Position numbers and translations under genes: made by a program. A DNA stretch of 64,000 nt from Capsulimonadaceae bacterium. GTDB taxonomy: Bacteria; Armatimonadota; Armatimonadia; Armatimonadales; Capsulimonadaceae. This document shows, piece after piece, positions 42,795 to 52,652 of the stretch (position 1 is its first letter; each line of letters begins with the position of its first letter). A model generated the notes under the pieces. The model searched no databases and had not been told where the DNA came from. It saw only the letters and a list, made by a program, of their open reading frames with translations. The stretch is from NCBI GenBank assembly GCA_965215505.1, contig OZ244065.1:2528001-2592000 (forward strand), in the 5' to 3' direction.

Positions 42795-45700
42795 TCACTT
42801 CGCCCGGAACACCGCGATCTCGGCCAGGCCTGCGTTCTCCGTTCCGGGTTTGACGCTGGTGACTTTGAATGTCAGCGCCGTGACCGTCTTGGCGGGGAAG
42901 CGCAGCGTGAGCGGCGTCTTGGCGTCGTTCGGCAGCGCGCCGACGGAGAGCGTGGTGCCGTCGCTGAAGGCGATCTCGCCGGACGTGATCTGGTCGGTCA
43001 GGTTGGGGCGGTCGTACAGCAGGATGCGGTCTATCGTCTGTGGCGTCGCCCAGGTCAGCGTCAGGGTCGCGCCGACGGTGCCGCCCGCCGACCACTCCTG
43101 GCTCTTGTCGCCGGGGTAGCCGCCGACGACGCCGTCCGTCGCGCCGTCAATGGAGTAGCCGCCCTCCACGCCACTGGCCGTGACTTTGGCAACCCCTGCC
43201 ACGTTGTCCTCGCTCGTCAGGGCGTCGTCCGTCGGCGGGACGGCGGGCAGGTGGTAGGTCACGCCCTTGATGCGGAAACTGACCTGGGCGGGGCCGAAGA
43301 CCGTCTTGCCGCGCCAGACGTGCGGCGGGCCGCTGACCTGGAGCGGGGCACCGGACAGCGGCAGGGCCACGGCCGCCTGGCCCGCGACCTGGACCTGATC
43401 ACCGTCCAGCACCCCGCGCGGGGCGTAAAAGAGGTCCTGCATCTTCCCGTGGTAGAGGTAAGCGCCCTGGTTCTTGTGGACCAGACCGACGCCGGCGGTG
43501 GCCAAGACCGTTTCCAGATCGGCAGGAACCGGAGCGGCCGGGTTGCTCGTCGGCCCAAGCCCGAGGCCCGTCATTCGCCGCTCGACCGCCAGACGGTGGA
43601 GGGCGTTCCATCCCGTCGGCGCGGCCTGAACGACGACGGCGACCGCCGAGCCGACGGGCCGGGCGGGGAGCGTGATACGGTTCATGTCGGTGACGGCATC
43701 GTAGGCAACAGCAACCGGCCTGCCGCCGACTGTTGCCTTGATCGCCCGCGCCGTGTCCGGGAGTTCAATGACGACAGTGCGCCGGGCGGGCTGGCCGGTG
43801 TAATGTCCTTGCGTCGCGCCCACCGTGATGGTCACAGCCCCGCCGTGGCGCGTGCAGGAGAGCGGCGTGGTCGCGGACTGTCCATGCTCATAGGCCGTGG
43901 TCACGCCGTCGTCTTCGTACAATGTCGAGCGGCCCGTAGCCCCATCCGCGCCGGGATAGCAGCGGACGCGCAGGGTCGTCAAGGGCGCGGTGCCCATGCG
44001 CGGCGTGTAGGGCTGCATGGGAATAGGGACGCCGCCCCGGACGTACAGCGGGAACTCGTTGATGTCAGCGGCGACGAGGGCATCCGTGTCCCCAGCGTAC
44101 CGCTCGCCGGTGAACAGGTCGTACCAGGCCCCGGCGGGGAACCAGACCGTTTGCGAGGCGACGCGGCCCGGCCCGACCCCCGCCGAGACGATGGGGGCGA
44201 CCAGGATGTTATCGCCCAGCTGGAACTCCTGGGCGTTGTGGTAGGCGTCCTCGGCGCGCGGGTTATCGAAATACAGGGGCCGGTCGAGCGGGACTGTTTC
44301 GCGGGCGGACTGGGCGGCGCTGGTGTAAAGGTACGGGAACAGCTCGGAGCGCAGGTGGAACGAGGCGCGCATGGAGTCCTCGGCCCAGGCGGGGTAGTTC
44401 CAGGGGCGGCGGTCGGTCTGTGCGTCGCGCGTGGAATGCGAGCGCAGGACAGGCGAGGTCGCGCCGAACTGGCACCAGCGGGCGTAGGACTCCTCGTTGC
44501 GCCCGCCCATGTGGCCGCCGATGTCGTGCGACCAGAAGAAGCAGCCGACGTTGCCCGCCGTGGCCGTGAAGGGCACTTCGAAGGCCAGCATCGGGAAGCC
44601 GGTGTCGGCGTCCCCGGAGAAGTGGATGGGGTGCCGGTGGTCGCCCCACCCCGCCCAGCGGGAGAAGGACAGGCCGCGCTGCCCGTTTTGGGCGGTGTGG
44701 TCATAGAGCAGCGTGTTCAGCCAGAACAGGTTGGTCAGGTCGGGGACGGAGCGCGTGTCGGGGTACTGCTGCCAGTCCAGCCACCAGAAGTCCACGCCGT
44801 CTTTCTCCAGCGGCGTGAAGACGGTGGAGAACAGCGCACCCATGTACGCCTTGGAGCCGGCGTCAAAGGGCAAGGTCTGCTTCGTCACCGGGTCCGCGCC
44901 CACGGCCCGCATGAAGGCGGCATACCGGTCTTCGTGCGGCGCGACGCCGTCGGCGGGGTGCAGGTTCAGGGTGACGTGCAGGCCCTGCGAGTGGAGCCAG
45001 GGCAGGAGGGTTTCGGCGTCGGGGAGCAGCTTGCGGTTCCAGGACCAGCCGGTCCAGCCGTCCTCGTGCCAGTCCATGTCCAGCACCATGTTGTCCAGGG
45101 GGAAGTCGTGCTGCCCGTATTCCTGGACGATCTTGCGGTAGTCGTCGGAGGAGAAGGGCCAGTAGCGCGAGTACCACACGCCCAGCGCGTACTTTCGCGG
45201 CAACGGAACCGGCCCGCCGACGGCGGTGAGCGACTGCAAAGCGGCCCGGTAGTCGTCGCCGTAGCCGAACAGATAGCAGTCGGTGCCAGCGGTTTTTGGC
45301 CGGGACTGCACCCAGTCGGCTGTTAAAAGCGGCGAGCGCGAGTCGTCGAGCAGATACCAGCCGTCGCGGGACAGGACGCCCTGGCCCAGATCGAACGGCC
45401 CGGTCGCGCCGTCCAAAGTCCGCGCCGTGCCACCTAGATTTCCGGGGTTTGTCGCGCCCGGTGCCCAGAGGGCGGGCTGCGCGCCTCGCCTGATCTCGGC
45501 CCGCAAATTGGAACCCGAGAACGACAGGCCGTTGGGCGTATAGGTCAGCCGGATCGCGCCGGTGTCTATGACGGTCGCGCCGCCGACTTGGGCCAGACGG
45601 AAGCCGTCAAAGCGGGCGGCCCGGTTCGCGGCGAACAGCGACGGGGCATCCACGAACGCGGCATTCGGCGAGTATTCCAGGCGGACGCATTGCGGCGTGA

Positions 45701-45887
45701 TGACAGTGAACCGTGCCGAGCCGACGACGACGGGGTTTGATGCGGCTTTGGCGGACTGAAGAGCGCCCAGGAGCAGAAGCGCCAGCGCGGGCAGGAGAGC
45801 GGGCAGGCGGCGCAGCGAAGCGCCGGGTCGGGGTTTAGAGTGGGTCACAGGGAACCTCGGGCGGTGTGGAAGCATTGCTGCCGTCAC
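42795..45887 (-). CDS. Secreted GH31 glycoside hydrolase with DUF5110 and a C-terminal discoidin/CBM32-like domain
   Basis: GVWYSRYW, VLDMDWH, FWWLDWQQ (nucleophile region), HFSGD, WSHDIGG, LYEDDG. Confidence 0.93.
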   Translation of the reverse strand: MTAAMLPHRPRFPVTHSKPRPGASLRRLPALLPALALLLLGALQSAKAASNPVVVGSARFTVITPQCVRLEYSPNAAFVDAPSLFAANRAARFDGFRLAQVGGATVIDTGAIRLTYTPNGLSFSGSNLRAEIRRGAQPALWAPGATNPGNLGGTARTLDGATGPFDLGQGVLSRDGWYLLDDSRSPLLTADWVQSRPKTAGTDCYLFGYGDDYRAALQSLTAVGGPVPLPRKYALGVWYSRYWPFSSDDYRKIVQEYGQHDFPLDNMVLDMDWHEDGWTGWSWNRKLLPDAETLLPWLHSQGLHVTLNLHPADGVAPHEDRYAAFMRAVGADPVTKQTLPFDAGSKAYMGALFSTVFTPLEKDGVDFWWLDWQQYPDTRSVPDLTNLFWLNTLLYDHTAQNGQRGLSFSRWAGWGDHRHPIHFSGDADTGFPMLAFEVPFTATAGNVGCFFWSHDIGGHMGGRNEESYARWCQFGATSPVLRSHSTRDAQTDRRPWNYPAWAEDSMRASFHLRSELFPYLYTSAAQSARETVPLDRPLYFDNPRAEDAYHNAQEFQLGDNILVAPIVSAGVGPGRVASQTVWFPAGAWYDLFTGERYAGDTDALVAADINEFPLYVRGGVPIPMQPYTPRMGTAPLTTLRVRCYPGADGATGRSTLYEDDGVTTAYEHGQSATTPLSCTRHGGAVTITVGATQGHYTGQPARRTVVIELPDTARAIKATVGGRPVAVAYDAVTDMNRITLPARPVGSAVAVVVQAAPTGWNALHRLAVERRMTGLGLGPTSNPAAPVPADLETVLATAGVGLVHKNQGAYLYHGKMQDLFYAPRGVLDGDQVQVAGQAAVALPLSGAPLQVSGPPHVWRGKTVFGPAQVSFRIKGVTYHLPAVPPTDDALTSEDNVAGVAKVTASGVEGGYSIDGATDGVVGGYPGDKSQEWSAGGTVGATLTLTWATPQTIDRILLYDRPNLTDQITSGEIAFSDGTTLSVGALPNDAKTPLTLRFPAKTVTALTFKVTSVKPGTENAGLAEIAVFRAK

Positions 45888-45932
45888 AGTTCGCCGCTAG
45901 GAGTGGGTTTTCCTGCTGTTTTAGGCCGGGGG

Positions 45933-46271
45933 CTAGGCGACGGCATACCCGGTGTGGGGGCGGACGTTCTCCGGGTGGAAGGCGGGGACGATGTCCGACT
46001 TCGGGATACCCGCCGCTTCGAGATCGTACCCGATGCCGTCTTCCGTCCCATCACGCTGTATCCAGACCTTGCCGCCGATGATGTCCAGATGCACGAGGCT
46101 ATGATAGACGCGGCGCGTCTTCCCCTCCCATCCGGCGGAGACGATGAGGTAGCGGTCGCGGCCTTCATCAAAGACAGCTTCATTGGTCACGTCGGCGTTC
46201 GCATAGCGGCGCTCCGTGAGAGAAAGCAGGAGGTCCCGTATGATCTCCCGATAATGTTCTACCTTATCCAT
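45933..46271 (-). CDS. xisI: XisI family protein
   Basis: MDKVEHYREII...DRYLIVSAGW...HLDIIGGKVWIQRDGTEDGI...GIPKSDIVPAFHP. Confidence 0.93.
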   Translation of the reverse strand: MDKVEHYREIIRDLLLSLTERRYANADVTNEAVFDEGRDRYLIVSAGWEGKTRRVYHSLVHLDIIGGKVWIQRDGTEDGIGYDLEAAGIPKSDIVPAFHPENVRPHTGYAVA

Positions 46272-46680
46272 TTCGTGATTTCCTCTTCATCAGGGTCAAA
46301 AACAATCAGGCGCAGAGCATTCTTGTTGAGGAAAAGCTTGCCGATCCCTTCCACAAAAACCTCCTCGTAGACAGTCTTCCGCACTGCGAGGAACAGTCCC
46401 CGATCCGCCTCATACGGCGACTGCCTCAATGCCAGATCGTAAAGCCAGAACTGCCCGACGGCCTCTTTCAAATCCTGCACCGCCGACAGACTAACGAAAG
46501 ACTTAATCTCGACGGCAATACGTTCCCCGTCCCGTTCGGCAGCGACGACCCTTTCCGCCCCGATGTCGATCAGCAGGTTGGTGTCTTCTACCGTCACAGC
46601 GAGCGGTCATGGGTAATCGTCCAACCGTCTTTGCGTAATGCCCGGACGAAGGGCATGTGATAAATGTCTCTTGCCGCCAT
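46259..46680 (-). pseudogene. xisH: XisH family protein with a 1-nt deletion near 46605
   Basis: MAARDIYH...ALRKDGWTITHD then a frameshift; continues LAVTVEDTNLLIDIGAE...IAVEIKSF...AVGQF; adding one C restores HDPL and 140 aa. Confidence 0.85.
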
Positions 46681-46784
46681 GTATTGCACTACTCCTGGGA
46701 CATGATACCACTACTGCCAATGATGTGACATCATTGACGGCGGGTACTTGGGGGCATGGTTCAACGGGGGAGGCAAATGCCGCC

Positions 46785-47567
46785 TCAGCTCCGCTTGCGG
46801 GCGGCGGGGCGCGGCAGGCGGCGGCGGACGACCAGGACGGCGATGTCGTCGTGGAACTCGCCCCGGCAGAAGGCGGAGACGCGGCGCAGGAGGGCGGCGA
46901 CGAGGCGGCGCGGGCCGAGGGGGGCGACGCGGGCGAACAGGGCCTTCAGCCGGTCCAGGCCCAGCCAGTCGCGGCGGGACTGGGACGGACGGGCGTCGGA
47001 AACACCGTCCGTGTAGAGGAGCAGGGTGCCGCCGGGGGTCAGGGTCGCCTCATGCTGCTCAAAGCGGGCCATGTCGGGCGGGAACGCGCCGACCGGCGGC
47101 CCGGTCCCGACCAGCTCCTCCACGGCCTCAGGGCTGCGCGTCCCGGCGGCGGCGATCAGGGCCGGCTCGTGGCCGCCGCTGGCGTAGGTCAGCCGCCCGG
47201 TCCCCGCTTCGAGGGTGCCGACGAAGACGGTGCCGAAGCCTTCAAAGTGGGGGTCGGGCTCGATCATGGCGTTGACGGCGGACAGCGTCTCGGCGGGGGT
47301 CAGCCCGACCGTGATGCAGTCGGAGATCAGCTCGCGCATGTGTTCGGCCTGGAGCGCCTGCTCCGGCCCGTGCCCCGCCACGTCGCCGATGACGACGGCG
47401 ACATCGCCGGTCCCGTCCGCCAGCGCGAAGGCGCTGTAGAAGTCGCCCCCCGAGGGCGGCGTCGCGGGCTGGTCGGCGTGGGCGGCGACATATTCCGTCG
47501 AGAGCTTCTCCTGGTCCTGCCGCAGAGCCGACTTTTCTTCCTGTGGCATCTCTTCAGTCATCGCCAT
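46785..47567 (-). CDS. Stand-alone PP2C/SpoIIE family protein phosphatase
   Basis: GGDFY, IGDVAGHG, ASGGHEP, LLYTDGV, HDDIAVL. Extended -10 TGcTATACT at 47570-47578 suggests a leaderless start (47561 or 47567). Confidence 0.9.
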   Translation of the reverse strand: MAMTEEMPQEEKSALRQDQEKLSTEYVAAHADQPATPPSGGDFYSAFALADGTGDVAVVIGDVAGHGPEQALQAEHMRELISDCITVGLTPAETLSAVNAMIEPDPHFEGFGTVFVGTLEAGTGRLTYASGGHEPALIAAAGTRSPEAVEELVGTGPPVGAFPPDMARFEQHEATLTPGGTLLLYTDGVSDARPSQSRRDWLGLDRLKALFARVAPLGPRRLVAALLRRVSAFCRGEFHDDIAVLVVRRRLPRPAARKRS

Positions 47568-47712
47568 ACAGTATAGCATAGCTTTTAAATTTGTGCCACA
47601 CGGTGATCCCCTCTGCCGGAAGGCTGATTGCTTCGATTTAGAGTTTCAAAGGAAAAGGCTTAAAGAGAAAGGTCTAAAGAGAGTATATCCAGCCTCCGAT
47701 AATTACCGGGTG

Positions 47713-50700
47713 ATGCAATACACACAGACTGTTCACAAGAGTTCCTCGGAAGAAGTCAAAACCACGCCCCACCCACGCACCCTGGAGTGGATCGGGACGG
47801 CCGCAATGGCGATGGGCGGCAGCAACCAGAGCCTGTTTATCATCGGCGCGCTGATTGTCGGCCAAGGCGATATCCGAGGCCAGGGCACTGCGGCGGTTCC
47901 TTTGCTGATGCTCGGGTTGATCTTGGGCTGGATGGCCGCGCCGGGATGGCTGGAGTTAGTCCTGATGTGGCCGAACCGCGTGGGAGGCATTGCGGCGACC
48001 TGCGCCGAAGCGTTCCGGCCCTACAGCCCGGTTCTCGCAAACCTCGCCGGGACTTGCTATTGGTGGGGATGGATTCCTACCTGCGGGCTGACGGCGCTGC
48101 TGTCGGCTTCGGCGATCCATCAATGGTATCTCCCGCAGATCTCAACCCCCTTTCTTGCCTGCGTGCTGGTGCTGCTGTTCGCGGGTGTCAACCTATGCGG
48201 CGTCCGGTGGGTCACGCGGATGACGGTGCCGATCGCCGCCGGGTCGGCCTGCCTGGCTTTTTTGTCGGCGCTCATTCCGATCCTGACCGGACATGTGGAC
48301 TGGCATCAGGCGACGACGTTCCACTTGACCATTCCCTTTTCCGGCCTGTTCGGCAGCCTGACCAGCTTCATGGCCGGGCTATACCTTGTCGGGTTTGCCG
48401 CGCCTGCTTTTGAGGCCGCCGCCTGCCATGTCGGCGAGACGATCAACCCGGCGAAGAACGTCCCACGCGCGATGTTTGCGTCAGGCGCGATGGCGACACT
48501 CTTTTTTGGCGTCCTGCCCATCGTCTGGCTGGGAACGCTCGGCTCTGAGGCGCTGGGCGGCGACCTGGCACAGACCTTGGGGCCGACGTTCGCCCCGCTG
48601 TTCGGGAGCGCCGCCAAGGCAGCCGCGATCTGGTTCATGATGCTGAACATGTTCCATGGGACGATCCAGCCCCTCGCGGGGGCGTCCCGGACGCTTTCGC
48701 AGATGGCCGAGGACGGCTTGCTGCCACAGGTCCTTGCCCGGCGGCTGCCCACGGATGCGCCCTGGGTGGCGACGGCGCTCACGGCAGGGATGGCGATCGC
48801 CTTCCTGCTGGCAGGTGATCCGATCTGGCTGGTGGCGGCGGCGAATCTCACCTACCTCATCGGTATCTGCCTGCCCAACATCGCCGTCTGGCTGCTGCGG
48901 CGGGATGCGCCGGAGATCACCCGGCCCTGGCGCGCGCCGCGCGGGACGATCGAGCTGGGGGTCGCGGCTTCTCTCGTCTGGCTGGCCGCGACGGTCCTCG
49001 GCTTCGAGCAGTTTGGGCTGCCGACTGTCCTCGCGGGCCTGGCGCTGGCCTACTCCGGGTCGGTATTCTATGCCCTCCGGCGCTGGCAGGACCGCCGTGG
49101 GCAGAACATCAGGAAATACACCTGGTCCCTCCATGCCAAATTAACGGGCGCGATGCTTCTCGTGCTGACCTTAGACAGTGCCGGGTACTTGCTGGCAATC
49201 AAGAGCATCCACGTCAGGCATCCAGTCTGGGCTGCGGCGCTGGAAGATATTTTTGTCGCTGTAGCGCTGCTGACGATCTCTGTCGGCCTGATCCTGCCGG
49301 GGATGATCGGCCATGCCATGGCCGAGGTCGCGCAGGCCGCGCGGCGGCTGTCGAGAGGAACGCTGGCTGACTTTTCTCGGGCGATGGCAGCGCTTGGCCG
49401 GGGTGAGCTGGACGGAGCATATGCGCGCGTAGACGTGACGCCGGTCCGCGTACATTCGCACGACGAGGTGGGGGAGATGGCGGACAGCTTCAATGTCATG
49501 CAGGACGAAATCGCCCAGGCAGCCCAGGGGTTGTCGGGCGCTCGCGAGGGCCTGCGGGCCGCCAACACCATTTTGGAGACACAGATGGCCGAGCTGCATG
49601 AGAGCCGGGAGCGTTTCGAGATCGCCGTTCAAGGCTCCCGTGACGGCTTGTGGGACTGGGACATCCTGCGTGACACCGTTTATTTTTCTCCGCGATGGAA
49701 AGCGATCTTAGGCTTCGAGGACGATGAGATTCCCAACAAGTCCGGCGAGTGGATGGCGCACGTCTGGCCCGAAGATAGACCTATGGCGGAAATGGCGGTG
49801 GAGGAATACCTGAACGGCACACGGTCCGAGTATGAGATCGAGTTCCGCATGCGGCACAAAGACAATGAACCGCGCTGGGTGCTGGCACGCGGCGTCGCCC
49901 TGCGTGATGCCGATGGGCAGCCCTATAGGATGGCAGGGTCGCACACGGATATCACCGGGAGGAAGAAGGCGGAACAAGAGCTACTGGCGGCCAAAGCGGC
50001 AGCGGAAGCGGCCTCGCTTGCCAAGAGCCTGTTCCTTGCCAACATGAGCCATGAGCTGCGGACACCCATGAACGCCATCATCGGCTTCTCCGAACTGCTC
50101 CAGGACCAGGTGTTCGGCGAGATGAATGCGCGTCAGACCAAATATGTCGGCAACATCTCGACCAGCGGAAAGCATCTCCTTCAGCTTATCAACGACATTC
50201 TGGACTTGTCTAAAGTGGAGGCAGGTCACATGGAACTGTTCGTACAGGCGGTGGAGGTCTCCGAAGTCCTGCGGGGCGTGCTTGCCGTCGCAAAAGGGCT
50301 GGCTTCCAAAAAGCAGGTGACGCTGACCTTGAGCAGCGCGGAGGACCTGCCGCCGCTGCTGGCCGACCCGGCACGTCTCAAACAGATCCTTTACAACCTG
50401 CTCTCGAATGCGATCAAGTTCACGCCGGAGGGCGGGCAGGTGACAGTCAAAACTCGTATTGTGGCCGATCTGCTGGAAGTCTCCATCTGCGATACCGGCA
50501 TCGGCCTGCGTCCCGAGGATCGCGAGCGGATCTTCGGTCAATTCGAGCAGGTGGACTCGACCTATACCCGTCTTCAGCAGGGCACGGGATTGGGCCTGTC
50601 TCTGACCCGCCAGATGGTCGCCATGCACGGCGGTGAGATATGGGTGGAGAGCGAAGGCCTCGGCTTAGGCTCGACCTTCCGATTTACGCTCCCGCTGGCA

Positions 50701-50766
50701 GCTCCGGAATCGCTGCCGGAAACGACATCCTCCCTGCCGGTCCCCGAACTCCGCTTAGCCGCATAA
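47713..50766 (+). CDS. APC amino-acid-permease domain fused to HAMP-PAS histidine kinase
   Basis: N-terminal ~12 TM region (GFAAPAFEAAACHVGETINPAKNVPRA, SRTLSQMAEDGLLP); DEVGEMADSFN (HAMP); GLWDWD (PAS); FLANMSHELRTP; NAIKFT, DTGIG, GTGLGL. Confidence 0.9.
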   Translation: MQYTQTVHKSSSEEVKTTPHPRTLEWIGTAAMAMGGSNQSLFIIGALIVGQGDIRGQGTAAVPLLMLGLILGWMAAPGWLELVLMWPNRVGGIAATCAEAFRPYSPVLANLAGTCYWWGWIPTCGLTALLSASAIHQWYLPQISTPFLACVLVLLFAGVNLCGVRWVTRMTVPIAAGSACLAFLSALIPILTGHVDWHQATTFHLTIPFSGLFGSLTSFMAGLYLVGFAAPAFEAAACHVGETINPAKNVPRAMFASGAMATLFFGVLPIVWLGTLGSEALGGDLAQTLGPTFAPLFGSAAKAAAIWFMMLNMFHGTIQPLAGASRTLSQMAEDGLLPQVLARRLPTDAPWVATALTAGMAIAFLLAGDPIWLVAAANLTYLIGICLPNIAVWLLRRDAPEITRPWRAPRGTIELGVAASLVWLAATVLGFEQFGLPTVLAGLALAYSGSVFYALRRWQDRRGQNIRKYTWSLHAKLTGAMLLVLTLDSAGYLLAIKSIHVRHPVWAAALEDIFVAVALLTISVGLILPGMIGHAMAEVAQAARRLSRGTLADFSRAMAALGRGELDGAYARVDVTPVRVHSHDEVGEMADSFNVMQDEIAQAAQGLSGAREGLRAANTILETQMAELHESRERFEIAVQGSRDGLWDWDILRDTVYFSPRWKAILGFEDDEIPNKSGEWMAHVWPEDRPMAEMAVEEYLNGTRSEYEIEFRMRHKDNEPRWVLARGVALRDADGQPYRMAGSHTDITGRKKAEQELLAAKAAAEAASLAKSLFLANMSHELRTPMNAIIGFSELLQDQVFGEMNARQTKYVGNISTSGKHLLQLINDILDLSKVEAGHMELFVQAVEVSEVLRGVLAVAKGLASKKQVTLTLSSAEDLPPLLADPARLKQILYNLLSNAIKFTPEGGQVTVKTRIVADLLEVSICDTGIGLRPEDRERIFGQFEQVDSTYTRLQQGTGLGLSLTRQMVAMHGGEIWVESEGLGLGSTFRFTLPLAAPESLPETTSSLPVPELRLAA

Positions 50767-50803
50767 AGCATAGAAAAGCATAGAGTAGAAAGGAACAGTC
50801 CAA

Positions 50804-51190
50804 ATGCCGATGCAGACAATATTGATCGTCGAAGACAACATATTGAACATGGAACTGGCAACCGATGTCTTGGAACATGTCGGGTACACCGTCCGACAGG
50901 CGGCGACGGCAGAGATCGGCCTTGCCGAAGCCCTTCGGCTGCCGCCGGACCTCATCCTGATGGATATCGCCCTGCCCGGCATGGATGGCGTGACGATGAC
51001 ATATGAGCTTAAACAGCACCAACAAACGCGTTCTATCCCGATTGTCTTTCTGACATCCCATGCCATGCGGGGCGATCAGGAACGGGCGCTGGCGGCAGGC
51101 GGAACACTTTATCTGACCAAGCCACTTGACACGCGCACCCTCGCCGGAACGCTGAAAGCGGTCCTCGCGGGCCGGGAACAAACTCCATGA
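50804..51190 (+). CDS. Single-domain response regulator (DivK-like)
   Basis: ILIVEDN, LILMDIALPGMDG, LTKP. Confidence 0.93.
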   Translation: MPMQTILIVEDNILNMELATDVLEHVGYTVRQAATAEIGLAEALRLPPDLILMDIALPGMDGVTMTYELKQHQQTRSIPIVFLTSHAMRGDQERALAAGGTLYLTKPLDTRTLAGTLKAVLAGREQTP

Positions 51191-52320
51191 CTATCACCGG
51201 CAAAAGGGTGCTGATCGTAGACGATGAAGAAATCAACCGCGAGCTGCTGGCAGCGCAGGTCGAGTCGCTGGGACACACATGGGAGGAGGCGCGGAGCGGC
51301 GCCGAGGCCATTTTACTCCTGCACGAGCGGTTCGACATCCTGCTGGTAGATGGAATGATGCCGGGCATGGATGGCTTCGAGATGACCGCCCGCGTCCGTA
51401 CTCAGGGAGAGAATGCAGATGTCCCGATCATCATGGTCACCGCGCTGAATAGCCGGGAAGACCGCCTGAAGGCAGTGAAGGCAGGCGCGAATGATTTCAT
51501 CTCCAAGCCGGTTGACCGGTATGAGCTGCAAGTGCGGACCGAGTCGCTGCTGAAAATGAAAGCGGCCCAGGACGCGGTCAAGGATCATCAAGCCGAGCTG
51601 GAGCGTGTCGTCGCATTGCGGACTACCGATCTGCAAGACGCCATGAACGAAGTCGTTTTGGGGCGTCAGCAGATCTACGAGGCGCAGCTTGATACGATCC
51701 ATCGCCTGGCCCTAGCCGCCGAACACCGCGATGAGCATACGGCCACCCATATCCACCGCGTCAGCCATTACTGTGGCCTGCTGGCCTGGGCGCTGGACCT
51801 GTCGGCAGACGAGACGGAGCAGATCCAGCAGGGCAGCATCATGCACGATGTCGGCAAGATAGGCATCCCCGATTCGATCCTGCTGAAAGAGGGGCGACTG
51901 AGCAATGCCGAACGCGAGGTTATGGAGCAGCACACGATTATCGGTGCGGATATCCTGCACGGGTCTTCTTCGAAACTGCTTCAAGTGGGTGAGATGATCG
52001 CTCTGACGCACCACGAAAAGTGGGACGGGACCGGCTACCCTCACGGGTTGAAGGGGGAGGAGATCCCTCTGCATGGCCGCATCTGCGCGGTCGCCGATGT
52101 CTATGACGCCTTGACAAGCCGCCGCCCCTATAAAAGATCCTACACCCGAAACGAGGCACGCGACATCTTATGCCAGGGGTACAGCACTCACTTCGACCCC
52201 CAAATATTGGACTTATTCCTCGCCAATTTCGAGGTCGTGGAGGTCATTCAGGACCGATACGGCGACGGAGATGTAACAGGACAAGAGCAGAATGACTTGA
52301 TGGCGACACTGAGCATGTAA
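51187..52320 (+). CDS. REC + HD-GYP cyclic-di-GMP phosphodiesterase (RpfG family)
   Basis: LIVDD...DGMMPGMDG; MHDVGKIG; HHEKWDGTGYP; VADVYDAL. Confidence 0.95.
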   Translation: MTITGKRVLIVDDEEINRELLAAQVESLGHTWEEARSGAEAILLLHERFDILLVDGMMPGMDGFEMTARVRTQGENADVPIIMVTALNSREDRLKAVKAGANDFISKPVDRYELQVRTESLLKMKAAQDAVKDHQAELERVVALRTTDLQDAMNEVVLGRQQIYEAQLDTIHRLALAAEHRDEHTATHIHRVSHYCGLLAWALDLSADETEQIQQGSIMHDVGKIGIPDSILLKEGRLSNAEREVMEQHTIIGADILHGSSSKLLQVGEMIALTHHEKWDGTGYPHGLKGEEIPLHGRICAVADVYDALTSRRPYKRSYTRNEARDILCQGYSTHFDPQILDLFLANFEVVEVIQDRYGDGDVTGQEQNDLMATLSM

Positions 52321-52411
52321 AGTATGCCGCAGGCCGATGCCCCCTATCAGTTTAACGCCGCCCTGCGAGGACCTGCTTATAGAAATCTTCCAGATGGGCC
52401 GTGATCGCCGC

Positions 52412-52462
52412 TCAACCGTACTCGCGCTCGACCAGGGCGCGGCCCTGGCGGCTCAGGGCGGC
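52412..52462 (-). pseudogene. 3' remnant of a GT4 glycosyltransferase-like gene
   Basis: Minus strand reads AALSRQGRALVEREYG-stop, resembling the GT4 C-terminal helix. Confidence 0.35.
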
Positions 52463-52496
52463 GGCAAGGGGGAGGCGGCAAGGGGGAGGCGTCGGT

Positions 52497-52597
52497 GAGC
52501 GCCGACTCGCAGCCGCCACTGGCAGAGGTCAGCCGTCCAGTCCCGGCTTCAAGCATGCCGACGGAGACTGTGCCGAAGCCCTCGGAGTGAGGGTCAG
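52497..52597 (-). pseudogene. Degenerate internal fragment of a PP2C gene
   Basis: DPHSEGFGTVSVGMLEAGTGRLTSASGGCESAL compared with DPHFEGFGTVFVGTLEAGTGRLTYASGGHEPAL at 47157-47257. Confidence 0.8.
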
Positions 52598-52652
52598 ACA
52601 TCTTGGTCGCAGTCTGTCACAGGTTTCGGGATTATGTTAGAAAAGGAGGCTT

